From Candidatus Kerfeldbacteria bacterium (lineage in GTDB: Bacteria; Patescibacteriota; Patescibacteriia; UBA9570; XYC2-FULL-38-9), in the NCBI GenBank assembly GCA_043813585.1, contig JBDRKW010000006.1, positions 149,741-213,740 of the forward strand: DNA of 64,000 nt. The letters are read 5' to 3'. Of the stretch, positions 47,693 to 56,756 are shown in pieces (position 1 is the first letter of the stretch; every line of letters starts with the position of its first letter). The notes below the pieces were generated by a model. The model saw only the letters and a program-made list of their open reading frames with translations. It made no database searches and was not told the origin of the DNA. The translations under genes and the position numbers were made by a program.

Positions 47693-49897
47693 ATGCCAAA
47701 GAAAAAAGCCACAAAAAAGGCGAAACCAAAAAAATCTACCCCCAAAAAAAACACTGGACGTGTATCTAAGGGTGATTTGATATTGAAGGAGCTGAACGAA
47801 ATGCAGCGCGAGGCAGCCGAGGCCACAGAAGGCCCGGTGTTGGTGCTTGCCGGAGCCGGTTCGGGCAAAACGCGCACCCTGATCCACCGCACCGCCTACC
47901 TTATTGCAGAAAAAGGGGTGAAACCATGGACTATCCTCGCCGTTACCTTCACTAACAAAGCAGCGCAGAACATGAAGGAACGTATGTCCGCATTACTTGG
48001 CGACATGAAGCATACTCCCGTCATGGGCACGTTCCATTCCATCTGTGCCCGCCTGCTCCGCAAAGAGATCCCCGCGCTCGGTTTTGAACGCAATTTCGTG
48101 ATCTACGGTGATGACGACCAGAAAGGCCTGGTCAAGAAAATCATGAAAGAGATGGGATACGACACCAAGCAGATCCCCGCCAACTCTGTCCACTGGAAAA
48201 TCAGCAGCGCGAAAAACCTGCTTATCGGCCCGGAAGAGTTTGAACAACTCGTGGATGACCCTATCAGCGAAGTCGCGGCAAAGGTGTATCCCAAATACCA
48301 GGAAGAGCTGCACAAGGCCAACGCGCTGGATTTTGACGATTTAATAATGAAGACGGTCGAATTGTTCCAGCAATTCCCTGAAATCCTCGCCAAATACCAA
48401 AAGATGTGGAAGTACATTTTGGTGGACGAGTACCAGGACACGAACAAGGCGCAATACACGCTCGTCTCGCTGTTGGCAGACGACAACAAGAACATCTGTG
48501 TTGTGGGCGACGACTTTCAATCCATTTACAGCTGGCGCATGGCGGACATCCGAAACATCCTCGACTTTGAAAAGGACTACCCGGATGCGACCGTCGTCCT
48601 GCTCGAGCAGAACTACCGCTCCACCCAGACCATCCTGGACGCATCGAACGCAGTGATCGCCAAAAACAAGAACCAGAAAAAGAAAGTGCTCTGGACGGAA
48701 AATGACCTCGGCGAAAAAATAATCGTTAATGAAGTGGAGGACCAGGAAGCCGAAGGCCGGTTCATCGTGGAACAAATCATCAACATCGAAACCGGCGACG
48801 GGAAGGTAGCAGGCAGCAGCACGCCGGAACTGAAATACGAAAACGACGAATACGCGCAGCCCGACCCGGCCGACCAAGAAAACATGCAGCCGATCCAGGA
48901 GGGTGAAAGCATCCTGGAACGCGTGATGCGCTCCAAGATGTTCGAACAGAACCGCGAGGCGCAGGATTTACAGCAGAAAGTGGATGCCAACAAGAAAGCA
49001 ATCGACTTCTCGCGCTATGTGGTGCTCTACCGCACGAACGCGCAGTCCCGCGCAATTGAAGAAGCATTCCTCAAATACAACATCCCGTACAAAATCATCG
49101 GCGGCATCCGGTTTTACGAACGCATGGAGATCAAAGACGCCATCGCCTACCTTCGCGTCATGTTCAACCCGGCCGACTGGGTGGCGCTCGAACGCATCTC
49201 CAACACGCCGGCACGCGGCATCGGCGACCGCACCTGGATAAAAATCGAACAATTCGCCGCACAACGCGGATTCAACATAGTAGAAGCGGCAGGACAGGCC
49301 ATTCCCGACATCCAAAACGCGCGCTTGTCGGCGTTCTACCAGTTTGCAGAGATCATCAAGACCGTGCGCGACAAAATGGAAGAGCTGAACCCCACGGAGA
49401 TCCTGGATATGGTCCTCAAAGAGATCGGCTACAAGGAACACCTGTTCAACACCACGGAGACAAAGGAAAAAGCAGAGGCAAAATGGGAAAATGTGCAGGA
49501 GTTGAAGAATGTCACGCAGAAATTCGCGAACTTGCGCGGGGCAGAAGGGCTGGAAGCGTTCCTGGAAGAAGTCTCGCTCGTCATGGACCAGGACAACGTG
49601 GACGAATCAGAAAACGTCGTGAAGCTCATGACCGTGCATGCGGCCAAAGGGCTGGAATTTCCGGTAGTGTTCGTGGTTGGCATGGAAGAAGGGCTGTTCC
49701 CCCACTCGCGATCGCTCATTGACCCGAAAGAAATGGAAGAAGAACGCCGGCTGTGCTACGTGGCGCTCACCCGCGCGATCGAACGGGTATACCTGGTGCT
49801 CGCCAGCCAGCGTATGCGCTGGGGAAACGTGCAGGTAAACCCGCCGTCGCGCTTTATCGACGATATTCCGGACGAATTGATGATCTGGCTGCAATAG
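47693..49897 (+). CDS. pcrA: ATP-dependent DNA helicase PcrA/UvrD
   Basis: SF1 motifs (AGAGSGKT Walker A, DEYQDTN, C-terminal VALTRA). A basic N-terminal tail MPKKKATKKAKPKKS. TTGCAT..TACAAT promoter with the -10 9 nt before the ATG. Confidence 0.9.
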   Translation: MPKKKATKKAKPKKSTPKKNTGRVSKGDLILKELNEMQREAAEATEGPVLVLAGAGSGKTRTLIHRTAYLIAEKGVKPWTILAVTFTNKAAQNMKERMSALLGDMKHTPVMGTFHSICARLLRKEIPALGFERNFVIYGDDDQKGLVKKIMKEMGYDTKQIPANSVHWKISSAKNLLIGPEEFEQLVDDPISEVAAKVYPKYQEELHKANALDFDDLIMKTVELFQQFPEILAKYQKMWKYILVDEYQDTNKAQYTLVSLLADDNKNICVVGDDFQSIYSWRMADIRNILDFEKDYPDATVVLLEQNYRSTQTILDASNAVIAKNKNQKKKVLWTENDLGEKIIVNEVEDQEAEGRFIVEQIINIETGDGKVAGSSTPELKYENDEYAQPDPADQENMQPIQEGESILERVMRSKMFEQNREAQDLQQKVDANKKAIDFSRYVVLYRTNAQSRAIEEAFLKYNIPYKIIGGIRFYERMEIKDAIAYLRVMFNPADWVALERISNTPARGIGDRTWIKIEQFAAQRGFNIVEAAGQAIPDIQNARLSAFYQFAEIIKTVRDKMEELNPTEILDMVLKEIGYKEHLFNTTETKEKAEAKWENVQELKNVTQKFANLRGAEGLEAFLEEVSLVMDQDNVDESENVVKLMTVHAAKGLEFPVVFVVGMEEGLFPHSRSLIDPKEMEEERRLCYVALTRAIERVYLVLASQRMRWGNVQVNPPSRFIDDIPDELMIWLQ

Positions 49898-49922
49898 ATT
49901 GAAAAACGACATCGGAAGCTAT

Positions 49923-49950
49923 ACAGCGCCTATCAACGGCGCTTTTCTTG
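49923..49950 (+). terminator. Rho-independent terminator after pcrA
   Basis: AGCGCCtatcaacGGCGCTTTTCTT. Confidence 0.55.
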
Positions 49951-50080
49951 ACTTCTCTGCCTGATGCGGTAAGAAGGGTAGGTAAACCGGGCAGGAATAT
50001 GGCGGGTTTCGGGCTAATAGAGGCCCGGGGCTCAAACGATCATAGTGATCCGATTCCTGTTTGGTGCACGAGGAGAAATC

Positions 50081-51403
50081 ATGCCTAGTGGCGAAGAGGA
50101 CGCTCTGTCCAGACTTGTGACTGCTGCCGTCGACCCGTGGAAACGGACCGACAAGCACCACCTGAACCAGGGGTTGCTGGCGCTTGAAGGCAAGCACACC
50201 GACCTGCTGCCGAATGAACAGTTCAGGTGCCGGATTCCGGTGTCCGAAGGCGAGATCAAGACTGCGGTGTCCGAAGACGGCGCGGTCACAGTTGGTGGTT
50301 TGGACGATTCTGGCATGCACCAGCTGTTCGTGGCTGCGCCCGACAGCACTCGGTTCACGCCGGTGCTGAAACAGCCGGTCGGCGAGATCCGTGCGGTCTG
50401 CTTCCCAAGCGGCAGCAACCGACCGGCGTGCGTTGCCGGCGACGACTTCGACTCCTGGAGGGTCATCTGGGACGACTGGGAAGCGGTCTTCTCCGTGCCG
50501 GTCCGGACGTACCTGAACCCGTTCGCAACGCAGCAATGCTGGCTCACCTGCTGGATGGAAGACGGCCAAAAAAACGCATTCATCATGACGTACGGCATGT
50601 CCGAGATGCTGACGAAGAAACCTGATGGAACTGTCCGAATCACACACTACCCGAAAGGGGGCGCACGAGTCATCGGCGTATTCGACGGCAGTGCAGTTGT
50701 CATGCCGGACCGACGGCTGAACAAACCCATCACATACGGGGATTTCACACTCCCCAAGACGAGCGACTTCAACCGCCACCACGTCCAGGCGCATCCGGAG
50801 GGCGGCATCATCATGGTGGGCTTCGACCTCGACAGCACCACATCACCGTCCAACTTCATCGCCACCTCATTCAACAGGTCGATCAGGTACGTGGAGCAAG
50901 GAGGATTGTTCCTGGTCAACGGCGAAGTGTACAGCAACCATCTGACGGGGAATGATCCGCACAACCGGCAGAACACGGTGGTCTCGCTCGATGGCAGCTG
51001 GCAGACGAAGTCGTCAATCGCCGGAATCGCTGTACAGGGGTTCAGATACGGCGACGGTTCGCTTGCGGTCACCACGGGCCGGCTAGAGTCGCAGGTGTTG
51101 TGTCTCTTCGATCGGGACGGAAACAGTACGTTCGAGTACCGGATCGGAAGCGGGCACTTCACGCCCGACGGCCGCCTTCTCTTCCCGGGTGGATGGTACT
51201 ACCCGCAGACCTTCGCCGGCATGGAAGAGTCGATGCGGCGCACTCTCACCATAATGCCCATTCGCCTCGGGCAACGCTCACTCCACCAGATGACGCTCAT
51301 CAACGAAAACGAGCTTATGGGCATTCATCCGGTGGGCAACGGCCAGCTTGCGGTTCACCGCTGGCTGCCGATGGACCCGGACGTCGACCTGACGGTCGAG
51401 TAA
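50081..51403 (+). CDS. GC-rich hypothetical protein (440 aa), β-rich
   Basis: About 62% GC. SD GAGGAG 5 nt upstream of the ATG. No recognisable motifs. Confidence 0.5.
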   Translation: MPSGEEDALSRLVTAAVDPWKRTDKHHLNQGLLALEGKHTDLLPNEQFRCRIPVSEGEIKTAVSEDGAVTVGGLDDSGMHQLFVAAPDSTRFTPVLKQPVGEIRAVCFPSGSNRPACVAGDDFDSWRVIWDDWEAVFSVPVRTYLNPFATQQCWLTCWMEDGQKNAFIMTYGMSEMLTKKPDGTVRITHYPKGGARVIGVFDGSAVVMPDRRLNKPITYGDFTLPKTSDFNRHHVQAHPEGGIIMVGFDLDSTTSPSNFIATSFNRSIRYVEQGGLFLVNGEVYSNHLTGNDPHNRQNTVVSLDGSWQTKSSIAGIAVQGFRYGDGSLAVTTGRLESQVLCLFDRDGNSTFEYRIGSGHFTPDGRLLFPGGWYYPQTFAGMEESMRRTLTIMPIRLGQRSLHQMTLINENELMGIHPVGNGQLAVHRWLPMDPDVDLTVE

Positions 51404-51540
51404 CGTCCACACCGAACTACGGTTCGGTCCTTTTTTTACGCGGGCTTGCACGGTTCCGGGAAATCGGTTATACTATTGCCCAGTGCACGACACTTCGTCT
51501 CACCCTTTTTTAAAAAATCCATAATATATTTTGAGGAGTA

Positions 51541-51968
51541 TGGCAGCCAAAAAAAAACCTACGAAAAAAAAGCCGGCAGCGAAAAAATCCGTAAAGAAAG
51601 CAACAACGGCAAAGAAGAAACCGGCTGCAAGGAAAAAAGCTCCTACGAAAAAGAAAGCGACAAAACGCGGGTCCTCTGCCCCGAAAAAACCAACTGTCCT
51701 GAAAAGCGAAATCCTGGAAACCATCGACAGCTTTACTGACGTGGAAACGCCGCAGATGGAAACCACGCCGGAAACACCGCAGGCAACAGAAAAAGTATTT
51801 ACCTTCACGCACGTTGGCGAATTCTTTCTGGCGATCGTCATGCTCTCGCTCGTTTTCCTGACCGCCCTGTACTGGATCATCAGCGTCAGCCAGCCGGCCC
51901 TGTTTTCACAGATCGACAGCCGCGGAGGCATCTGCTCCATCCAGGAGACGCTTGCGCTCAAGCAATAG
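51541..51968 (+). CDS. Histone-H1-like basic (AKK/KKP-repeat) N-terminal domain fused to a single TM helix
   Basis: MAAKKKPTKKKPAAKKSVKKATTAKKKPAARKKAPTKKKATKR followed by FFLAIVMLSLVFLTALYWIISV. An intrinsic terminator follows. Confidence 0.5.
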
Positions 51969-51990
51969 GACAAACACACGCCAAACACAA

Positions 51991-52013
51991 ACGCCCCATG
52001 ACGGGGCGTTTTA
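51991..52013 (+). terminator. Rho-independent terminator
   Basis: ACGCCCCatgacGGGGCGTTTT. Confidence 0.6.
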
Positions 52014-52041
52014 TAATTCTGCGTTGTTGAAAAAAGAAGCA

Positions 52042-52728
52042 TCATCTGCGCAGCCTTCTCTTGATGTCATCCAGTTGGATGACATGAGCTGACGCCGATG
52101 ATGCCGGCATCGTTGTTTTTCCCGTGGTTCCTCCCATGGCGTAGACGAGCGCATGCTCGTCCTTCTCGTCCTCCTTGTCGTCGTCGCCGTCCGGGTTCAC
52201 GTCCGAAACCGCGTAGTAGGTGTCGCGGTCGATCTGGACCATGAAGGTTCCTGTCTCGTCGTAGACGAGGGTGCGGTCGGGGGTTCGCGGCGATGCGATG
52301 GTGCGGTCAGAGGTCTGCATGAGGATGCGCCGCTGGGTGCGCCACCTGTTGTAGTTGTCCAGCGCCGCCTGGAACCCGGGCGCGGAGCGCGTCGACGGGA
52401 ACCTTGGGGCGTCCTCGGTCCAGTTGACGTCGGCGTAGAACGGGATCAGCGTCTCGCTGTAGAGCAGGACATCGGCGCTGCCGTTGCCGTTGTCCCTGAC
52501 CTGCAGACGAAATCCCGACTTGGTGCCCAGCGTGAACTGGACGTCGTTGTCCAGTATGAACTTCCCGGCCGGGAAGCTCCTGTACGAGAACGTGATGCGA
52601 ACCCATGCGTAGAGCAGCCGGATCTGGAGCAGTTCCAGCTTCTCGATCATGGGTAGTGGCCGCACCCGCCGCAAAGCAGGTGTGTTCGTTGCCCGCACTC
52701 GGGTCAACGGCTTTTTCCAGCGGTCCAT
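52042..52728 (-). CDS. GC-rich hypothetical protein (about 228 aa)
   Basis: About 62% GC. The likely start is the second Met (MDRWKK), which has GGAGGT 5 nt upstream. An acidic DGDDDKEDEKDE stretch and an RRLRR tail. Confidence 0.45.
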   Translation of the reverse strand: MDRWKKPLTRVRATNTPALRRVRPLPMIEKLELLQIRLLYAWVRITFSYRSFPAGKFILDNDVQFTLGTKSGFRLQVRDNGNGSADVLLYSETLIPFYADVNWTEDAPRFPSTRSAPGFQAALDNYNRWRTQRRILMQTSDRTIASPRTPDRTLVYDETGTFMVQIDRDTYYAVSDVNPDGDDDKEDEKDEHALVYAMGGTTGKTTMPASSASAHVIQLDDIKRRLRR

Positions 52729-52947
52729 TCTGACCTCCATAGCGTTCCCTGACGGAACACTTTGGTTGGGATTGTCGATGTCCGTTGCCCAAGGCGGATT
52801 ATAAGAGTATATCCGCCCGCCCCCTCCCGGGGGCCACGTGCTGTGTGGGACTAGTCACCCTACAACATAAATTCGCCATTTGTCAAGCCATAACTGTTAA
52901 TACCGAAAATGCAGGTCACGCCCGTATATCTGCCCATATTCCAGGCA

Positions 52948-52976
52948 TTGACAAAACGCGTTGACTGACCTATAAT
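52948..52976 (+). promoter_or_regulatory. Perfect-consensus sigma70 promoter TTGACA-17-TATAAT
   Basis: TTGACA at 52948-52953, a 17-nt spacer and TATAAT at 52971-52976. It is about 45 nt upstream of the 659-aa acidic protein gene. Confidence 0.6.
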
Positions 52977-53019
52977 AACGCGTTAAAATAAGCATGTATT
53001 AGCCAAATAAATACTTTTT

Positions 53020-54999
53020 ATGCCAGAACCCAAAGGAATCCCAATTGGTCCCGCAAAGGCCGAAGCACGCCCAACGCCAGTACCGGTCAAACCGGGTGAA
53101 AGAGAAGTGCCTCCGATTACCCGCGAGGACCTGAAAGTTGTCCGGGGAGATGGCGGCGGGGAGATGGCGGCAGAACCGCAGGGCGATGACGCCTATGATC
53201 CCGCAAAAATGGAGCGGTATTATCCGGAAGATCTGTTGAATGTACTTGGCGCGAAGATCGAAGCGGCAACCGGCCAAAAAGTAAATCTGAAATACCAGGA
53301 ATTTACCCTGCAGGAAGCGGGCGGCAAACCGGGTGAAGCAAAAGCGGTTCGCAAAAACGGGGAACAGTATGCAAGCGAACTGATGCAGGCCATGACAAAA
53401 TCCGATAACAAACAGCTGGACGACTTCTACCTGTCGCGCTTTGAACCGGCGACCGACCAGGCGCTGGCGGCCAAACAGCCCCTCACTGAACAGCAGCTGG
53501 CGGCCGCAGTCGTGGCAGAAGCCGCGCGCATGGTTCATGACAACCCAAAAATACGCGAGGCGGTACTGGCAGCGCAGTTTGGTTTTACTTCCATTAATGA
53601 AATTTCAAAAGAATCACTGAATAAGAAGATAAACGATCTCTACGACGCGGAACGCGCAAAAGCCGGCGCTATGACCCCGGAGGTTGCGGCAAAGCTGCAA
53701 TCCTTTATGGATTGGCAGGAACGGCTGGAAGGCATGTTGCTTGATGCGCATGAAAAAGCGGAAAAACTTCGCGGCGAGGCGGCAGAATTGGTTGAAGAGA
53801 TAAAACTGCCGGAGCTGGATATTGAACCAATGGCAATGCCGGAGATTCCCAAAGCCGAATTAAAAGCGGAAGACCTGGAAGCAATAACGGAAACGCCGGC
53901 CGAAGCGCGCGGACGCATTGAACAGCTCCGCATAGCGCTGGACGCAGAGCTGGGCGCAACCCGCTTTGAAGAACGCGGCGTCTGGAGCCGTTTGAAAAAT
54001 ATTGCCACTGAACTGAAAGGCGCGCGCGCCAAGCAGGGCAAGCTGCGCGACCAGCTGAAACAGCTGGACCGGTTTAGCGCTGAAATGAACGATAACAACT
54101 ACAAAGAATACATGGCAAAGATGGATGCGATGCAATCCATGATGGCTGAACAGTTTGAAATCAAGACGCTCCCGGAACTGCGCCCCATAGAAGCAGCAAC
54201 AGAAGCGCCTGCTGCAGAACTCCCGCCGGAACAACAGCCGGCCACAGCAGAAGAAGAAAAAGAGCGCATGATGATCTCTGCGGAAATTGCGGATATTATC
54301 GGCATAGACCAGCCGGAGCAGGCGGCGGCGGAAGAGGAATTCTTCTCCACCGGAGCGCGCGAAACCAAGCCGGCGGCTGAAACAGATATGCCGATTGACG
54401 CGAAGGCAGTGGCAAACCTCCAGCAGCTGGAATACGGCGACCTTGAAATGATGCTCAAGCAGGTGGAGGGCCAGATGGGCGCTGAAAAAGGCGATGCGCT
54501 CAAAGCGCTGCAGATGCGCGAATCGGCGATTACCGAAGCAATGCGTACGCATCCGAGCAATGAAGGCGCGCTGAAGGCAGAAGCGGCTGCGGAAGAGGAT
54601 GAAGACATCCCGCCGACCGAACAGGCGCTTGACCTCGGGCAGCAGCCCGTGGAGCGCGTCCCTATGACCAAGCTGAAAGCGGAATACAAAGAATTTGATA
54701 CCAACGATGTGACCATTGAAGAACAGAAGATCCTGCAGGAATTTGATTTGGATACGCAATTCCTCACCGAAAAATCGATGGACGACCCGGAACGAACAAC
54801 AAAGATGCTGGTTGCGATGAAAACGCGCATCAATGAAAAAGCTGCAGAAATGAAAACGGAACTAAAAGCATCCGGCGTGACCGACCAAAAAGAAATTGAC
54901 GAGCAGGTCGGCGCATACACAGAACGGCTGTATGAGATGTATGACCGCATGTACGTGCTGGAACAACTGCCGAGACCGGAACGCATGAAAGACAAATAG
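53020..54999 (+). CDS. Large (659 aa) acidic, E/A/K/Q-rich, predicted coiled-coil protein of unknown function
   Basis: Long uninterrupted ORF driven by a consensus promoter and ending at a strong terminator. No TM or enzymatic motifs. Confidence 0.55.
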   Translation: MPEPKGIPIGPAKAEARPTPVPVKPGEREVPPITREDLKVVRGDGGGEMAAEPQGDDAYDPAKMERYYPEDLLNVLGAKIEAATGQKVNLKYQEFTLQEAGGKPGEAKAVRKNGEQYASELMQAMTKSDNKQLDDFYLSRFEPATDQALAAKQPLTEQQLAAAVVAEAARMVHDNPKIREAVLAAQFGFTSINEISKESLNKKINDLYDAERAKAGAMTPEVAAKLQSFMDWQERLEGMLLDAHEKAEKLRGEAAELVEEIKLPELDIEPMAMPEIPKAELKAEDLEAITETPAEARGRIEQLRIALDAELGATRFEERGVWSRLKNIATELKGARAKQGKLRDQLKQLDRFSAEMNDNNYKEYMAKMDAMQSMMAEQFEIKTLPELRPIEAATEAPAAELPPEQQPATAEEEKERMMISAEIADIIGIDQPEQAAAEEEFFSTGARETKPAAETDMPIDAKAVANLQQLEYGDLEMMLKQVEGQMGAEKGDALKALQMRESAITEAMRTHPSNEGALKAEAAAEEDEDIPPTEQALDLGQQPVERVPMTKLKAEYKEFDTNDVTIEEQKILQEFDLDTQFLTEKSMDDPERTTKMLVAMKTRINEKAAEMKTELKASGVTDQKEIDEQVGAYTERLYEMYDRMYVLEQLPRPERMKDK

Positions 55000-55015
55000 T
55001 CGCATACGCGATACA

Positions 55016-55047
55016 CGAAAAAACCGGCATTCCTGCCGGTTTTTTTC
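55016..55047. terminator. Bidirectional rho-independent terminator between the convergent acidic-protein gene and uvrC
   Basis: aaaaaaCCGGCAttccTGCCGGttttttt. Confidence 0.6.
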
Positions 55048-56663
55048 TACACCATCCCTTTGAGGTGGCGTTTGCGGTAAAATCCGATGGCAAAACGGTG
55101 CGCCTCATCGCGCATGCGCTGTACTAAATATAATCCTTCTGAGTTGCGTTTTAATAATACTGATTGCGATTCGCCCGGTATAAATATCTCTTCCTCGCGC
55201 TTGGCAAGGGATATTAACGGGATCTTCAGGCCGGTCGCGTCCAAAATCGCCTTCACAGCATTTAACTGCGGTTTGCCGCCGTCAACAATAATCAGGTCCG
55301 GCCGCGGCCAGGGCTGGGTGCTGCCTTTCACCTTTTTGGGCAGGTGCCGAACGCGGCGCGAAACGATCTCCTGCAGCGACGCTACGTCATTTGCGCCAAC
55401 CACGCCTTTGATCTTGAACTTCCGGTATTCAACCGGCTCCGCAAGCCCATCCTTAAACACCACCATCGACCCGACCGAATACTTTCCCTGGATATTCGAG
55501 ATATCATAAATTTCAATGCGGCCGAGCTTGGCAGCATCCAGCCCGATGGCCGCGGCAAGCTCCGTCAACCCCTTCTTCGCGCGCTCGTCATGCTTTTCAA
55601 ACGACGCCTTCTGCCGCTTCAGCGCCTCCCCGGCATTCTCGATGCCCATCTCCAGCATTTTCTTGTGCCTGCCGCGTCGGGACTCGATGCTCAAATAGAC
55701 ATTCTTCGGAACCGACTCGGTCTGCGCATAATACTGGTCTGCAAACGCCCCCAGCACGTCATCGTCGCTCTGGTCGCGCGTGTGCTTCAGGAAAAACACC
55801 TCCTGGTGGATCATCTTCCCACGCCGCACCACAAACAGATTCACCGCCGCCGTCCCGTCCATGCGCGCCAGCGACAGATAATCGGCATCTTCCTGCCGCG
55901 GCGACACCACCTTCTGCTTCACCATTAACTTATCGATCGAAAGCAGCTGGTCGCGCAGCTGCGCCGCCTTTTCAAACTGCTTCAAATCAGACGCACGAAC
56001 CATCTCCCGCTCTACATACGCGCGCACCGGTTCATAATCCCCGCGCAAGAACTGTTCGATCTGTTTAAACACTGCCCGGTACTCGTCCGCACTGATCACA
56101 TCCGCGCACGGGCCCAAACAACGCCCCATCTGGTAATCCAGACACGGCCGCTTTGGGAACACGACCTTCCCGCGCACTTCCCGCGGCGGCGACGTACAGA
56201 TATGGAACAGCTGCTTCATCAGCCGCATGGCGCGCTTCACCGCAAACCCAGAAATGTACGGGCCAAAATACTTCCCGCTCCGCCCGCGCAGCGGAATCTT
56301 CCGCGTCGTTTCCAGCACCGGGTACTTGTCATCTGTTATATGGATATACTGGAAATTCTTGTCGTCCTTCATCACGATGTTGAACGGCGGCTTGTACTTC
56401 TTGATCAGCGTCGTCTCCAACAACAGCGCCTCCGACTCGTTATCAACCACCGTCACCGCAACATCCGCAACAGAACGAACCATCACGCGCTTGGCATCGG
56501 ACAAATCGGCAGAATCGCGGAAATACGACAGCACGCGTGAACGCAAATTCGTCGCCTTACCTATATATAAGAGATGCTTGTCCACATCCAAAAACTGGTA
56601 CACGCCGGGTTTTGCCGGCAGGGACCGCACCTTTTCCATCAATTTTTTGCGAACGTCAGCCAT
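55047..56663 (-). CDS. uvrC: Excinuclease ABC subunit C
   Basis: GIY-YIG (GVYQFLD..LLYIGKATNLRSR), UvrBC, RNase H-like endonuclease and (HhH)2 domains. Confidence 0.9.
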   Translation of the reverse strand: MADVRKKLMEKVRSLPAKPGVYQFLDVDKHLLYIGKATNLRSRVLSYFRDSADLSDAKRVMVRSVADVAVTVVDNESEALLLETTLIKKYKPPFNIVMKDDKNFQYIHITDDKYPVLETTRKIPLRGRSGKYFGPYISGFAVKRAMRLMKQLFHICTSPPREVRGKVVFPKRPCLDYQMGRCLGPCADVISADEYRAVFKQIEQFLRGDYEPVRAYVEREMVRASDLKQFEKAAQLRDQLLSIDKLMVKQKVVSPRQEDADYLSLARMDGTAAVNLFVVRRGKMIHQEVFFLKHTRDQSDDDVLGAFADQYYAQTESVPKNVYLSIESRRGRHKKMLEMGIENAGEALKRQKASFEKHDERAKKGLTELAAAIGLDAAKLGRIEIYDISNIQGKYSVGSMVVFKDGLAEPVEYRKFKIKGVVGANDVASLQEIVSRRVRHLPKKVKGSTQPWPRPDLIIVDGGKPQLNAVKAILDATGLKIPLISLAKREEEIFIPGESQSVLLKRNSEGLYLVQRMRDEAHRFAIGFYRKRHLKGMV

Positions 56664-56756
56664 AGTCAGTTGTTACTCTAGCACACGCGCCCAGCTATTG
56701 ACCACTAACGGTTTATAGTGTAAAATTGGCGCCTGATTTGCATATAACGATATTAC

